This document shows positions 26,343 through 39,188 of a stretch of DNA of 64,000 bases, piece by piece. This DNA comes from Octopus bimaculoides (taxonomy: Eukaryota), in contig NC_068981.1 in assembly GCF_001194135.2 (NCBI RefSeq), forward strand, positions 173,522,036-173,586,035, read 5' to 3'. How positions within the stretch are numbered: the stretch's first letter is position 1; every line of letters begins with the position of its first letter. The translations under genes were made by a program, and so were the position numbers. A model generated the notes under the pieces. It saw only the letters and a program-made list of their open reading frames with translations. It made no database searches and was not told where the DNA came from.

Positions 26343-26929
26343 AAGTTTGAGTGAGTGAGTTTGTATTTAGTCTTATCTTCAAGTGTGTTCACTGACTGTA
26401 GACAAAAGGCTCATACATACTGTCATTTGTTCCCAGCTCTCTACATAACTACTTCTGGATTGTTTGTTGTTCATTAGACTTGGAGATTATTACCTTGCTT
26501 GAAAATATATGAGAGGTGACATAAAAGAAGGACATCTGGTTGTAGGAAACTTTGCTCCAGTGTAGCCTTATCTGATCCATATATATGCCCACCTACTCTT
26601 CTGGATTTCTTGTCTCTGCACTCACTTCTATTCAGTTTCTTGTACCTTGAGGCCATGCTCTGATACCTTGTCGCTACCATCTTCATCTCTCTTACCAGCT
26701 TCACTCCCACCCACTTTATATAATGTGAAGGAGCTACATATCTCCTCTACAGCAGGAAAGCTTTTTCTTTCCCTTCTATCATACTTTGACCTTTCAAATT
26801 TAGCATAAAGCCATCTCCCTTCCTACCATAGTCCCACACTTTACACTGTAGTCCCATACTGTAGTCAAAAGTGCACTTAGTCTTGCAAGTCACATAATGA
26901 CTTCACTAGTTGTGATGCCACAAAAACAG

Positions 26930-27400
26930 TACTCATTACACTCTGTAAAGTGGTTGGCATTAGGAAGGGCATCCAACCATAGACACCATGCTAAAGAAAG
27001 CATTGGACTATGATGTAACCCCCCCAGTTGCTTAGATCCTGTTAGACTATCTAATCTATGCTAACAAGGAAGGCAGACATTGAATGTTGATGATGATGGT
27101 ACATGCATACATTCATATATATATATAAGACTCATCAAGCCAAGTGAAACTGTAGTCATGGCTGATGCTGGTGCCACATGGCTGGCATCTGTACTGGTGG
27201 TACGTAAAAGCACCCATGCTGGTAGTACATTAAAAGCAACCATTACACTCTTGGAGTGGTTGGTGTTAGGAAGGGCATCCAGCTGTAGAAACCATTCCAA
27301 ACCAGATTGGAACCTGGTGCAGCTCTCCGGTTTGCTGATTCCAGTTAAACTGTCTAACCCATGCCAGCATGGAAAGCAAATGATGATGATGATGATCAAA
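26930..27400 (+). mobile_element. Two older RTE 3'-end copies (26930-27075, 27130-27400)
   Basis: CATTACACTC...GTGGTTGG..TTAGGAAGGGCATCCA motif twice; (GAT)n tails. Confidence 0.65.
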
Positions 27401-27689
27401 TGCATATGATGCATATATGCAACATTGATATGTAGTTGATAAAGGAGAGGAAGGAAAATATTATTAGCTGAAACGGCCCTTTATTTTCATTGTTACAATG
27501 TAAGATACAACTTCTTCCGAGTTGTCGTTGTACACAAATTATTTGCTATTCTGTTATCCATTCTACATGTAGGTAGTTAACGTCATCTGTGAGCGACTGC
27601 TAGAAGACTGATGGAAAATGAGAGAAAGAGTAAGAGAGTTTACTTCTCTGGGCTGACAAGTAGAGAGGGTGAAAGTTATGTAGCCATGT

Positions 27690-27960
27690 GTAGATAAATC
27701 ATACTTGAAGTGAGAAACTGACAGATGTACTCTTTTAAAGAGGGGCCAGATGAAAGAGGGGCCAGATGAAAGAGGTAGAACTAAATTTGGGTTCCACTGT
27801 TATGTTTTTCTATCTAAATTAAGTCAGGCATAAACAGAGGATTTTCCATCTCCTACCTGCCTTGACCTAAGTTCCACTTGAAAGGTAACAGGTTGACAGT
27901 TGACTCTCATAAATTTCTTGGTGTGAAAGGCAAGAATAGGAAGGGGCTCAAGAGAAAAAT
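27690..27960 (-). mobile_element. Very decayed LINE RT core fragment (tentative)
   Basis: Minus strand RQVGDGKSS then, after a frameshift, NSGTQ..; loosely the V.VDG.SS...INSGVPQG motif. Confidence 0.3.
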
Positions 27961-28021
27961 TTAGACTGGGTTTCAAATCTAGGCTAAAAATCTAGGACAT
28001 TGTTCGTTAGAACACACACAC

Positions 28022-28222
28022 ACACGAGGGGGTGCTGAAAAGTTCCTGGCTTTGAGTAAGGAGGATCAGATAATTATGATTTTATTAAACATATCCCCCT
28101 CTCAGATTCACACACTTATTGCAGCGGTCCTTCAGTTTTTCTAAACCCTGTAAAAGAACTTGGAAGGTCGAGCCTCTAACCAGGCCTTTCCCGATACACT
28201 TAAAGCCAGGAACATTTCATCA
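28022..28222 (+). mobile_element. Mariner-like MITE (second copy at 57043-57250, opposite strand)
   Basis: Left TIR CACGAGGGGGTGCTGAAAAGTTCCTGGCTTT, right AAAGCCAGGAACATTTCATCA; interior matches 57043-57250 reverse complement. Confidence 0.75.
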
Positions 28223-29111
28223 TGTATGTATATATGTATGTATGTATGTAGGTAGGTATTTACATATGTACATACATCACCCACACAATTTCTTTACACT
28301 TTGAGTTCATTTTGTGCTTGGTAAAATATGTACCAGGGTAGATTTGACTACCTTTACAATAAATTTGTGGCCTTGAGTTACTTTTAGAAATCCTCATGAA
28401 TATCATTTATTTCTTTTTCTTCAAAAGCTTGAAAGCGAAACAGGCTGTCTTTGCTTTCAAGCGTTAGTAGATATACTAGATTTATCACAAATATCACAAA
28501 ACAGGCTACTTAGGTAATCTTTTTAATTAATTCATTTGTTATATCAATGTTTATTCTTTGAAAAGTTTTACCCATAACCGAGCTCTATGACTATTCAGTT
28601 TCTTTAGTTTGAATTTATTCTATCTACAATAATGGTTAGTCAGTAGAAATACACACAGATTATGAATATCAAGGGGTTTTTTTAATATCAAGTTTTCTTA
28701 CATGGCCAGTCAGAAATATAGGTCAATATTTTATGCATGGCTGAGTACACTGTAAAGGTGAGTCAATATTCTCAAGCATTAAGTCATAGATTCAAATAAA
28801 ACAGAATGTAACCTTTTGATGGTGGCATATAAAACTAAACATATGGTTATGTTCTGTTAAAGACTAGTACCACAACACTAAATAATATTCCATTTACACT
28901 TTTTGATTAAACTAAGTTTATATTACTTTTCTTTTGACAAATAATATTAGATAAATGCATTCCCCCATGTCAGATATTAGAAAAGATTTTGATTTTTATA
29001 TTTTTCTGAAGAAAATGTATTACATGAATAATTTTCTTTTAAGAATATTGACAAGGAATACTTTCTCTCTCTCACAGATACCCACATTTATGCAATATAT
29101 GTACATATATA

Positions 29112-29502
29112 TCATTATCATCATCGTTTAACGTCCGCTTTCCATGCTAGCATAGGTTGGACGATTTGACTGAGGACTAGCAAGCCAGAAGGCTGCACCA
29201 GGTTCCAATCTGATCTGGCAGAGTTTCTACAGCTGGATACCCTTCTTAACATGCCACCAGCACAAGTGCTAGAAGGCAACACTGGTAATGATTATGCTCA
29301 AATGGTGCTACTTACGGGCCACTAGCACAGAAGCCAGACTGCTGCTCTGGCAATGAACACACTTGGACAGTGCTATTAGTGCTCCACTGGCGCAGGTGCC
29401 AGTCATCGAGTATGGTTCAATTACGATTTCACTTGCCCCCAACAGGTCTTCGCAAGCGGAGTTTAGTGTCCAATGAAGGAGTGGTTGGCATGGGTGCCAG
29501 TC

Positions 29503-29505
<3 letters not shown>
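29112..29505 (-). mobile_element. RTE-type 3' end, same extended family as 24320-24730
   Basis: (CAT)n tail at 29112; shares the CCTTCATT(G/A)GACAC...GCTTG(C/T)GAAGACCTGTTG upstream block with 24320. Confidence 0.75.
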
Positions 29506-29539
<34 letters not shown>

Positions 29540-29559
29540 TATATATATATATATATCTT

Positions 29560-29770
29560 GTCGGTTATGATGACGAGGGTTCCAGTTGATCTGATCGACG
29601 GAACAGCCTCCTTGTGAAATTAACATGCAAGTGGATGAGCACTCCACAAACACATGTATCTTTAATGTAGTTCTCAGGAGATTCAGTGTGACACAATGTG
29701 TTGCCGGGAATTCAACTCATGACCCTATGATCATAAACTGAATACACTAACCACTAAGCCACATGCCTTC
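29560..29770 (-). mobile_element. SINE with family D tail but a different tRNA-like head
   Basis: 29560-29700 matches 37855-38000; head (rc) GGCATGTGGCTTAGTGGTTAG...GAGTTGAATTCCCGG differs from the 38224 head. Confidence 0.65.
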
Positions 29771-29827
29771 ACCCCACCAACACAATATATATGTACATAT
29801 ATACACATAGACATACACACAAGCATA

Positions 29828-30503
29828 CAAGGTATTCAGGTTAAATATGACAATTTTTTTATGTGTGTTCATGTGCAACAGAGACTACAATGTTGTGGTC
29901 AACAGGAAGGGACACAGCAGGCATTCTGACTCCATCTGCATGACAGAATTCATCCCCTCCCCATATCTTTGAATAGGGCCTTCGGTTTAATTCATAGGGT
30001 TTTGTGAAGCTGCTAATGACTGTGGTCAATCTTTGGCTGGAGAGAGTTGCTCTTAGAAAGCCATATTTATGGCAGCAGGATTTGGCTCCTTGCCACACCT
30101 CAGGAATGAGTGGTTGGTTGTTAGAGAATTTCTACGACTTCACCAGTACCAATTTCTGGCCTCCTAATCTTTCCGATTGCAATCTCATGGTTTACTATGT
30201 ATGGGACCTGATTGAGACAGACACCAACTACTCTGCCTGTAACAGCAAGGACAAGCTGGTGACCAAGAGCAAAGAGGTGTTCGAACTTCTTCCTAGGGAC
30301 ACTGTGAATGCATGCACCAGCTTATGGAGCTGTCTTGAGGCTGTGGTGGAAGCTGAGGACAGCTACTTAGAGTAAGGTGTTATTTTCCAGCCATAATCTA
30401 CTTGATATTTTTTATTTTTTAAAATACTCTATTTTAAAAAAATGGATATTGTGTTTTCTTTTCCTTTTATGTAAATTATCAAATTTAATCAGAATATCCT
30501 GTG
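29828..30503 (+). mobile_element. Internally deleted Tc1/maT-like DNA transposon, transposase C-terminal half
   Basis: ORF 30004-30375 WQQDLAPCHT...FWPPNLSDCNLMVYYVW...CLEAVVEAEDSYLE resembles QQD.APAH / WPP.SPDLNP.DY / RLEAV..A.G; degenerate TIRs TACAAGGTATTCAGGTTAAAT and (rc) TACACAGGATATTCTGATTAAAT. Confidence 0.8.
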
Positions 30504-31046
30504 TATTTATGCATTTAATTTTACTCTACTTTTGGTATTTGAGTGCTATTTTCTCTACCTTGTTTTGTACCTATGTGCTTGCATGTACGTGTATATACAT
30601 GTGTGTGTATGTGCATACATGCATGTGTGTTCTAACAAAAGATCTATGTTAAGTTAAGTATAAAGATTATATTATGGTATTAATACTGATTCCATTGTTA
30701 ATAATTAATTTCTGATAAGCCTGCTGGCTATTTGTGACATCAGTTCCTGAAAAGATGCTGATATTCTATATATCATAGCAGCAAGACCTGATTTGCATTC
30801 AGTGACTTGATGCCCCCCACTGATGATTTCCAGTAGAATGAAATCACATGATATGGAAGTTCCGGCACCCATGACAGATGATTCACATCTGCTAAGATCT
30901 ATGTCTGTGCTTTTATGCACCAAGTGTCTATATGAGAGGGTTTCTCAAGACTAATAACACAGTATTCGGTGATCTAACAAGATATTCATGTTAATTTGGA
31001 TACAAAGATTATATTTTGGGATCAATACTGCTTCTGTTATTAATAA

Positions 31047-31081
<35 letters not shown>

Positions 31082-31152
31082 TTATATTAAGGGCATTACT
31101 ATACATAAATGCCTCATGCTACGAGGAACTCTTAAAATCAAAACTACCATAA

Positions 31153-31234
<82 letters not shown>

Positions 31235-33039
31235 TGAAGTTATCTAAAGTGTTTGAAAAGTGCAACAGTGTGTCTGGATGATTTTTCATTCATGTTTACA
31301 TCATAGTCAAAAAACCAACCTATCAAACTTGTATCTCTATTTATGTTGTTATGCTGACCCAAAATAGCATTGTTTCATTTAGTACTACAGTTTTAGGAAC
31401 ACATCAAAAAAGTTAACCAATGTATTGCTGTATACACAGGAACATGCACTAATTAACCACCATATACAAGGTTCAATGCCAAATATACTATCTTTAAGGT
31501 AACATGTCTGCACTAAAAGACACACACAATGGATTTTTCTAATGATTTTGACCAATGAGCATCAAGCTCTTTGATCAACTGGACATCCTAATTATTCATT
31601 GAATCAGCATGCAAAGTGTCTGGATATTCCACAGACATCAGCATTCTTTTAACATATTTATTAAGCAGCAGAATTAGTGCAACACAGCCTGTGACAAGGC
31701 TGGACTTTTGAATTACAGGTACAGTTCATAAGACAAGTTTCTTCACAGTTTCCACCTACCTAAATTTACTCACAAGGCTTGGGGCAACCTAAGGCCATAG
31801 TAAAGGCATTTACCTAAAAGATACCTCACAGTGGAATATGACTTTGGATTTCCTGTATGTGAAATGAACTTAACCACTCAGGTATGCTTGCATCCATATT
31901 TGTGTGTGTGTTTGCTTGTGTGTGTGCATGTATATGTGCGTGTGTGTGTATGAGCGTGTGCACGTGTGGGTGGAGGGGTGTTAATGACTTGACCTTTTCA
32001 TCACAGATATTTCAGGTTATTGCATGTTCTCTCTATTAATTTATTTCTAAGCTTATTGCACATTTTGCTTCTTGTTTTACCTCCAGGTTAAAGCCATTTG
32101 AGTTATGTCATTTGCTCACCAAGTCAATAATGTTTTTCTTTTCATCCAGTTACAAGCTATCAGGTCTTCTTTTATGGAGAGAGAGAAAATTGATAATTCA
32201 CATTACCGACACAGTGAAGTGAAATGGAGATATTATCATATGACTCACCAGCCTACAGCCTGATGCTATTTTAAATCAGTGATTATGTTTGTTGTTGTTT
32301 TTGTTATTCCTTCATCAAATTAATGAGGAACATAATATTTGTATTCTTTCTTGCTAAAAGACAATGATGACTATAAGACAATTTTTCAGATTATCTCCCT
32401 GTTGGAAAGTGAACCTAGCAAAATCTAAGTAAAAAATAATGAAGATAAATTATTTGATAAATAGTTATTTTTCCATCATATTCGAAATAGTGAGCTTGAA
32501 TGATCATCAGTCATGTGCAGTTAGAGAACATCTGCTAGTCATAAAGGATAAACACATACTATGAAACACAAATCCATATTGAAAATCAGTACTGAAATTT
32601 TAATGTTTTAACAAACACTTCCTTCAGTAACAGCTGTGGAAAAGGCAAATCAGATATCACAAAATATAATGTCTAACTTATACAACAAATACATGGTATA
32701 TGCCGAGGTAATTTATACGACAAAAAAAAAAAAAAAAAAAAAAACAACCTCTTCTGATGTATAAAGCTAAAACTGGTTTCTGACTTTTGTACAAGGTCAC
32801 CGACTTATATAGAGCAGAGAGAAATGTAATTATGTAATGTACAGGCTTTTGTCAAAGACTTAGGAAATAAAAGTGACGTGAAATGACTATAACTAGGAGC
32901 TGAAACTAGGTCAGGTAACTGTTCACCATTAGCTTTCTTCTTGTTTGACATAGATGTATTATAAGGAAAAAGAAACCGACTCAATTGATCACATACAAAC
33001 ACTTTCGACCATAACTCCCAACCAAAAGCCTGGATTCTC

Positions 33040-33320
33040 ACAGATACGCTGTCACCTTATTCTATCCTTTCCACTGCTACTTCAGAAGCTTCTGCTCTGT
33101 AGACATGACTGACTTTATGTTACCTTCTTCAAGGATCAACTGAATCACTCATCTCACCTCCTGCCATTACCCATACTGTGCTAAACTTATCACTCTTGGC
33201 CTAAAAGTAACCCTTATCCCAATTCTTTCTCCTCTGAACATAATTTCTCTTGCCTAGGTTTTCCCTGAAATTGTCAACATGATTTTGTTCAAAAATATCA
33301 ACTACGTTGGTCTTAATGTC
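33040..33320 (+). mobile_element. Decayed CR1/Jockey-group LINE 3' end
   Basis: Across frameshifts FHCYFRSFCSVDM...HYPYC...SLA*VFPEIVNMILFKNIN resembles FYRYFHG.CS.EL...HP.CV...WNSLP..VFP...N...FK..IN. Confidence 0.45.
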
Positions 33321-34960
33321 CCAGAGGGCCAGGAAAGGCCATAGTCACTGTTTCTTCCTCTAGGTCAAGCATATTTTTTTTTAAAGGAAGATATTCGTAA
33401 GAGAGTCACCATTAAATAGTTCCATTATTATCATCAGGAACTGAGTATAATTTTCTACCAAGTAAACAAACATCTGTGCTTGATTTATTTTAAAACAGAA
33501 AAGCTGTTTGACAGATAAGGAGAAAATCACTTCTTCACACAAAGAGATCAAACAGTATCATAAAGAGATAGATAGCTAGAAGGAGAGAGACAGAAGGAAA
33601 GAGAAATAGAGAGAGAGAGAAAGCCATTTTGAATGCCATTGCAGAATATTGTGCAAATATCACCTTATGCTTTGTTCCCTATAACCATTAACAAGGATTT
33701 ACATCTCAAGTAACACAAGATATGTTTACTCATTATAGAGACATTTTAAGAAATAAATCATGAGTCTTTGAATTATATAAACATTACAGAGTGCTTTACA
33801 AATGTAAGTACAGAGTATTGTTGTGCTACATATAACACCCTACTCTCAGAGTCCCCCCCACCAATGAAATATTAATTATATTACAATTCAACAACAAAAA
33901 CAACTGAAATATTAATTACATTATATTCTTTTTTACTTGTTTATTAAATTAAAAATTAGATGATCTAAATTACTTTTTGGCAGTGACCTAATGGATAAGG
34001 TCTTTCTGACCCTTACTTTAGCTGCTAGTTCATATCCAAATTAAATGCTTTTGTATACACAATTTTTTTTATTAGCTTGTAAGTTTTTGTAGTTATTAAT
34101 ATAATACTTGTTATTATGTAATGATTTTCTTTTTAACATTATGTAGTGTTATCAGTTTTTTTCTGATCAAGTAAAACAAACAATATAACAGCTAATTTAA
34201 AGAATAAATTACTGTCTGATCTAATATACACCACATTTAGATCTTTAATTGTATCAAATAACTTTCTATTTTTCATACACACACACACTGAGATTCTGAG
34301 CAGTGGATTACCAGACTTCTTAGAGTGACAGACAAAATGTTTTAGTTGCCTTGCTTTATGTTCTGAGTTCAAATCCTGCTAGAGTTAACTTTGCCTTTTC
34401 ATCCTTGGGAAGTCAATAGGGTTAATGAAATCAACTATACTCTTCCCTAAAAATGTGTGGGTTTGTGTGTATGTCATAAATCAACATGAAAATATGTAAC
34501 AAACTTTAAAATAGTTTGACTCACTACCTTATGTGTGTTAGCCCCTACTTAACTTATATGTCCTTCATCCAGAAGACATCAGAAGGGAACTTTTCTCATG
34601 TCATTATTTTAAAATGCCAAATGATTGAAGGTTTTTTCACTACAATCCTCTAAATCCTCAGTTATTTTAAGGTCTTGTAAGAGTAAGACAATGTTTTATT
34701 GAACAGAGCAAATAAGACAAAACATGTTCTGAATTGTCATCATATTTACTGAAGATCAAACTCACTATCCCTCATTCAGCTTTCAACCAATTTGAATCTT
34801 GAAGTTGTCTCCCTTGACTTTAAAAAGAATTTTATCATTAATGCTTATGTTTTGTTGCCCACTATGGTTGTGCTGGCAGAAATGTTAACTTGTTGAACAA
34901 ATGCTTCACAGCATTTCTTGTTGAAGTCAACTTTGCCTTTCATCCTTTCAGGTTGTTTAA

Positions 34961-35166
34961 CCCTGGTCATATCCGATAAAAATATTCTGCCTATTTTATG
35001 CTAAAACTGACCAGATCAGGCCTCTCACACCTACCCTGCAATGTTGTTCTAAAAATAAACAACCATATCTTTGAAATATCAAAGCTACAAGATAGTACAG
35101 GATTAATTTTATAAAACGTGAATAAATAAGTATAACATTAGACAGAGTAATCTGAATGCTAAAGGG
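34961..35166 (+). mobile_element. piggyBac-like MITE with TTAA on both sides
   Basis: TTAA|CCCT... and ...AATGCTAAAGGG|TTAA (34957-34960, 35167-35170); second copy at 16977-17197. Confidence 0.75.
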
Positions 35167-35314
35167 TTAAAGGGTTGAACACTGGAGGGGGGGGGGAGTT
35201 CATGTAATCAGATAACCCCATCCCACTAAAATTACTATCCTTGTGCTAAAATTTGAAAAAAAAAGAAGAAAAATTATGAGTATAATTGTAAATGAAAAAT
35301 ATGACCACTACATA

Positions 35315-36177
35315 CAGGGTGCAGTGAATAAACTCGTCTAAATTACACAAAAATGAAAATAACACTGACATCTCATTCTAACAGATATATTTACCAAAAT
35401 TACATAAAAATATCTTGAAATACTAAAGAGTAAATTTATTCAATAAAATTGCCATTGGCTTCAACCACAACCTCCAGACAACTTTGGAATCTCTTGCAAC
35501 TCTTCTGGATGATCTCCTTGTTTAAGTTGGTGAATGCTGCCATAATCTTTGCCTTCAGTTCATCTTCGGTGTTACAAGGAGTTTTGTTGGTCTCTCACTC
35601 AACTGCACCCCACACATAATAATCTTGGGAGTTAGGTGGCTAAATGTTAGGGGTGATGTGGTTGCAGAAATTGTTTGACAGCCATGCCTGTGTTCTCCTG
35701 GCATGGTGCAGAGTCCTATTGCCAGACACAGGATATTCCAGCAGCCACCCTCTTGACCCAGGGCAGTACTACCTCCTCCAGGCCCTTGATGTAGGCCTCT
35801 GTGTTGTGTCTGAGGCCATGTGGGAAGATGAATGGAGGCATAACGTTGCCATCATTAGCGATCACTTTAAACACCTTGATGTTGACTGGATGTTTGATTT
35901 TTATCACTCTCGGTACATGTCCTCAGACTGTACTGTCTTCAGATTGACACCCAAACACTCTGAAATGTTTGAATTGGAGTTTCTGGCATGAATGCCAAGC
36001 AGTACAGCATATCGTTTCCAAATTTCTGGCAAAGGGAATTTCGTCATGTTGCTGTTTTTCTCACAGATGGTGCCCAAAAGACCCTACTATACTGTGTAGT
36101 CGACAAAATCAAAAACAAACAATGCGCATGCACGAAATTAAAAATACAAATGGCGAAAATTTACCCATTGCACCCTG
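35315..36177 (-). mobile_element. Internally deleted Tc1/maT-like transposon (863 bp) with TA TSD
   Basis: TIRs TA|CAGGGTGCAGTGAATAAA and TTTACCCATTGCACCCTG|TA; minus strand has HTH-like KRYAVLLGIHARNSNSNISECLGVNLKTVQ, then DGNVMPPFIFPHGL...LPWVKRVAAG..VWQ*DSAPCH...CLEVVVEANGNFIE*. Confidence 0.9.
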
Positions 36178-36416
36178 TATGCTAGTTTCCATTTAAGTAT
36201 GTGTTCTTTACATAGAAGATGGCTGCAAAATTTTCCTGTTATAATCTCAATGTTGTTATTTTTTAAATTTTATTTTATTTTATATAATTTATTTTACCAA
36301 AACCTTATATATTCTAAATCATTCTTAGGTCAGGTAAGAACCAATAGTTTTTATTCACTCATTATATTATGCTAAGTCTCACATAAATATTTTATACATA
36401 CAGACATACTATCTTA

Positions 36417-36497
<81 letters not shown>

Positions 36498-36914
36498 GAC
36501 AAAACGTTGTGTGCATTAGTGACCAAAATGAAGGGAAATAAGCACACATGACAAAAAAAAAACATATAAAGCACAGGAAACAAAACCAAAATAAAATGAA
36601 TAAAAAGGCTTCCTTCATCTGCTATTATCTGAAGGTAATGGTAATTTTGCATCTAATAGCAGGACTGTTGCCATCCAATGGTGCCAACAGCTACAAGAGA
36701 AATGCTACCAGAGAATAATGCAGTAAAGTGGAGCCAAAAGCAAAGAACAGAGAGAATAGATTCTAGGCATTCTGACTGAGACAAACAAAACACAGGACAA
36801 TGTGTGCATGTGTGTGTGTATTTGAGTGTGTGTGTGTGTGTGTGTGTGTGCACAGTATCTAACTATATTATATCTATCTATCTATATATATATGTATATA
36901 TATTCTTTTACATT

Positions 36915-37110
36915 TTTCTTGTACTTGTTTCAGTCATTTTGACTGTGGCCATGCTGGAGTACCACCTTAAAGGGTTTCTAATTGAAGCAATCAACTTCAG
37001 AACTTATTCTTTGTAAGCCTAGTACTTGTTCTATCGGTCTCTTTTGCTGAACTGCTAAGTCATGGGGACATAAACACACTGATGTCAGTTATCAAGCGAC
37101 GGTGGGGGTG
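36915..37110 (-). mobile_element. SINE family A, 3' half
   Basis: CTTGTTTCAGTCATTTTGACTGTGGCCATGCTGGAG...AGCCTAGTACTT. Confidence 0.75.
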
Positions 37111-37840
37111 GATGGGACTACACCACCACCGGTGCCATTTGCATGACACTGGTGTGCTCTTATGTGCCACTGGCACGAGTGCCAATTTGTGTGACACCAG
37201 TATCTGCCGAAAGAGAAGTACGCTCAAAGTTATAGAGCAGTAGAGTATTTAGAGAATGTTAGTTAATGGCCTTAATTAGGGTCTGATGAGATGTGTGTAA
37301 AGCTAACCACTTTATGAACATGAAACCCTGGGTAAAGCTATGAAATGGCCATAACTAACATTCTCTAAACATACATACATACATATATACTATAAATTGG
37401 TACAGTATGGGCTTTTTAAGAAGGTGTGTATGATTTTAGGAAGATTTGGTTACTATTTCCAGCAGGTAGAGTGACTGTCTTGTAACTTTTCAACCTAATG
37501 AAAGAGTTACATATGTTGATGGTTTAAATAAAATTAAAGTAACAAAATATTATGTCTGTGACCTTTGGAAGATAAAAGTTGTTCTCCTTCAATAAAACTA
37601 TATTCTATAATGATTTCATTATAGAATATAATGAAATCATATGTCAGTATTAGTATTTGGGATTCTGAACAAGACACTTGAAAATATCTGTAACCAAGAC
37701 ATCAAGGCAATAAAACTATTAATCACCACTTGTAACTTTTATGGCAATAGGGACACAGACAGGATCTATGTTGAAGCCTTATATTATAGTATCTCCCAGC
37801 CAACATCTAATGAACAATAAAAGATAAACAAGTACATTGT

Positions 37841-38224
37841 TGTTGTTGGCACTCCATCGGTTACGATGTCGAGGGTTCCAGTTGATCCGATCAATGGAAC
37901 AGCCTGCTCATGAAATTAACGTGCAAGTGGCTGAGCACTCCACAGACACATGTACCCTTAACGTAGTTCTCGGGGATATTCAGCATGACACAGTGTGATA
38001 AGGCTGACCCTTTGAATTACAGGCACAACAGAAACAGGAAGTAAGAGTGAGAGAAAGTTGTGGTGAGAGAGTACAGTAGGGTTCACCACTATCCCCTGCC
38101 AGAGCCTCGTGGTGCTTTTAGGTGTTTTCGCTCAATAAACCCTCAAAACGCCTGGTCTGGGAATCTAAACCGCGATCCTATGACCGCGAGTCCGCTGCCC
38201 TAACCACTGGGCCATTGCGCCTCC
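37841..38224 (-). mobile_element. SINE family D, full length, tRNA(Arg)-like head, (AAC)n tail, 8 bp TSD
   Basis: Head (rc) GGAGGCGCAATGGCCCAGTGGTTAGGGCAGCGGACTCGCGGTCATAGGATCGCGGTTTAGATTCCC with A/B-box-like motifs; TSD TACATTGT (37833-37840) / TACGTTGT (38225-38232). Arg-tRNA-derived SINEs (OR1/OR2) are described from octopus; identity with them is not verified. Confidence 0.85.
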
Positions 38225-38671
38225 TACGTTGTATGTGTACTCTAAAGTGAAAATAACATAACCAAAGTTTGGGAAACTAACAAATAGATATTTTGAAAGT
38301 TTTTGACATCATAAAAATTTTTATAAACTTTCAAGAGTATGTGGGATAATTCTTTTCTGAAATGGCGGATCTTGAAGCACACATAGAACTATAAATGATA
38401 GCATGTAAATATGGAAGTGGAAAACTCTGTTGGACAGTAAAAATCAAAGGTTACTCATTGGACACTTTTTCTATCCAAAATGGTTTTTCAAATGATATTC
38501 AATCATTTATAGCTTTATGTGTACTTCAAGATCCACTATTCCAGAAATTAATTATTTTGAAACCTGTGATAGTCCATGTGACTGGAGGGCAAAAATTTTG
38601 CGTAGAAGTGCTCATAATATTGGCAAAAAATTATGTATAGAAATATATCATGCAAGGTATATGATAGGAAT

Positions 38672-38890
38672 ATTGATTTCAAATTTTGACATAAGGCCAG
38701 CAATTTTGTGAGAAGGGATAAATCAATTACAATCACCCCAGTGTTGAACTGGTACTTATTTTATTGATCCTGGAAGGGATGATAGGTAAAGCTGATCTCA
38801 GTGGAATTTGAACTCAGAATGTAAAGATGGACAAAATGTCACCAAGCATTTTGCCTGGCGTGCTAATGATTCTGCCAGCTCACCACCTTA
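38672..38890 (-). mobile_element. SINE family B, CpG-decayed full copy
   Basis: Reverse complement aligns to 22285-22490 with CG>TG/CA changes. Confidence 0.8.
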
Positions 38891-39188
38891 GTACATGACA
38901 GGAACATTGATAGAGAGAAACAGTCTCTCTTGACCCTGAGATAGAAGGATACACCAACTGTATTCAAGTACAGGAAAAACTTTGAAATACATAACTAATA
39001 AAACAGATGTGTGCCCCTAAACAACCATGCTGAAACCAAAAAAAAAGAAAAAGTATTCTGCCATACCAGTCTATAACATTTCCTACACATTGATAACAGA
39101 TTCTCTTAAATGTGTATATGATATTAACTTGTCATTGTTTGTTCTGATAAACACAACAAAAGTACCACCCAAGGTACTAAAATTCTAT

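Noticed and set aside
30705-30960. GC-richer 72-aa minus ORF, possibly a retroelement remnant
   Set aside because: No motif I can assign with confidence; needs BLASTX/HMM search
38140-38224. tRNA-like sequence
   Set aside because: Head of a SINE with body, tail and TSD; no intact cloverleaf
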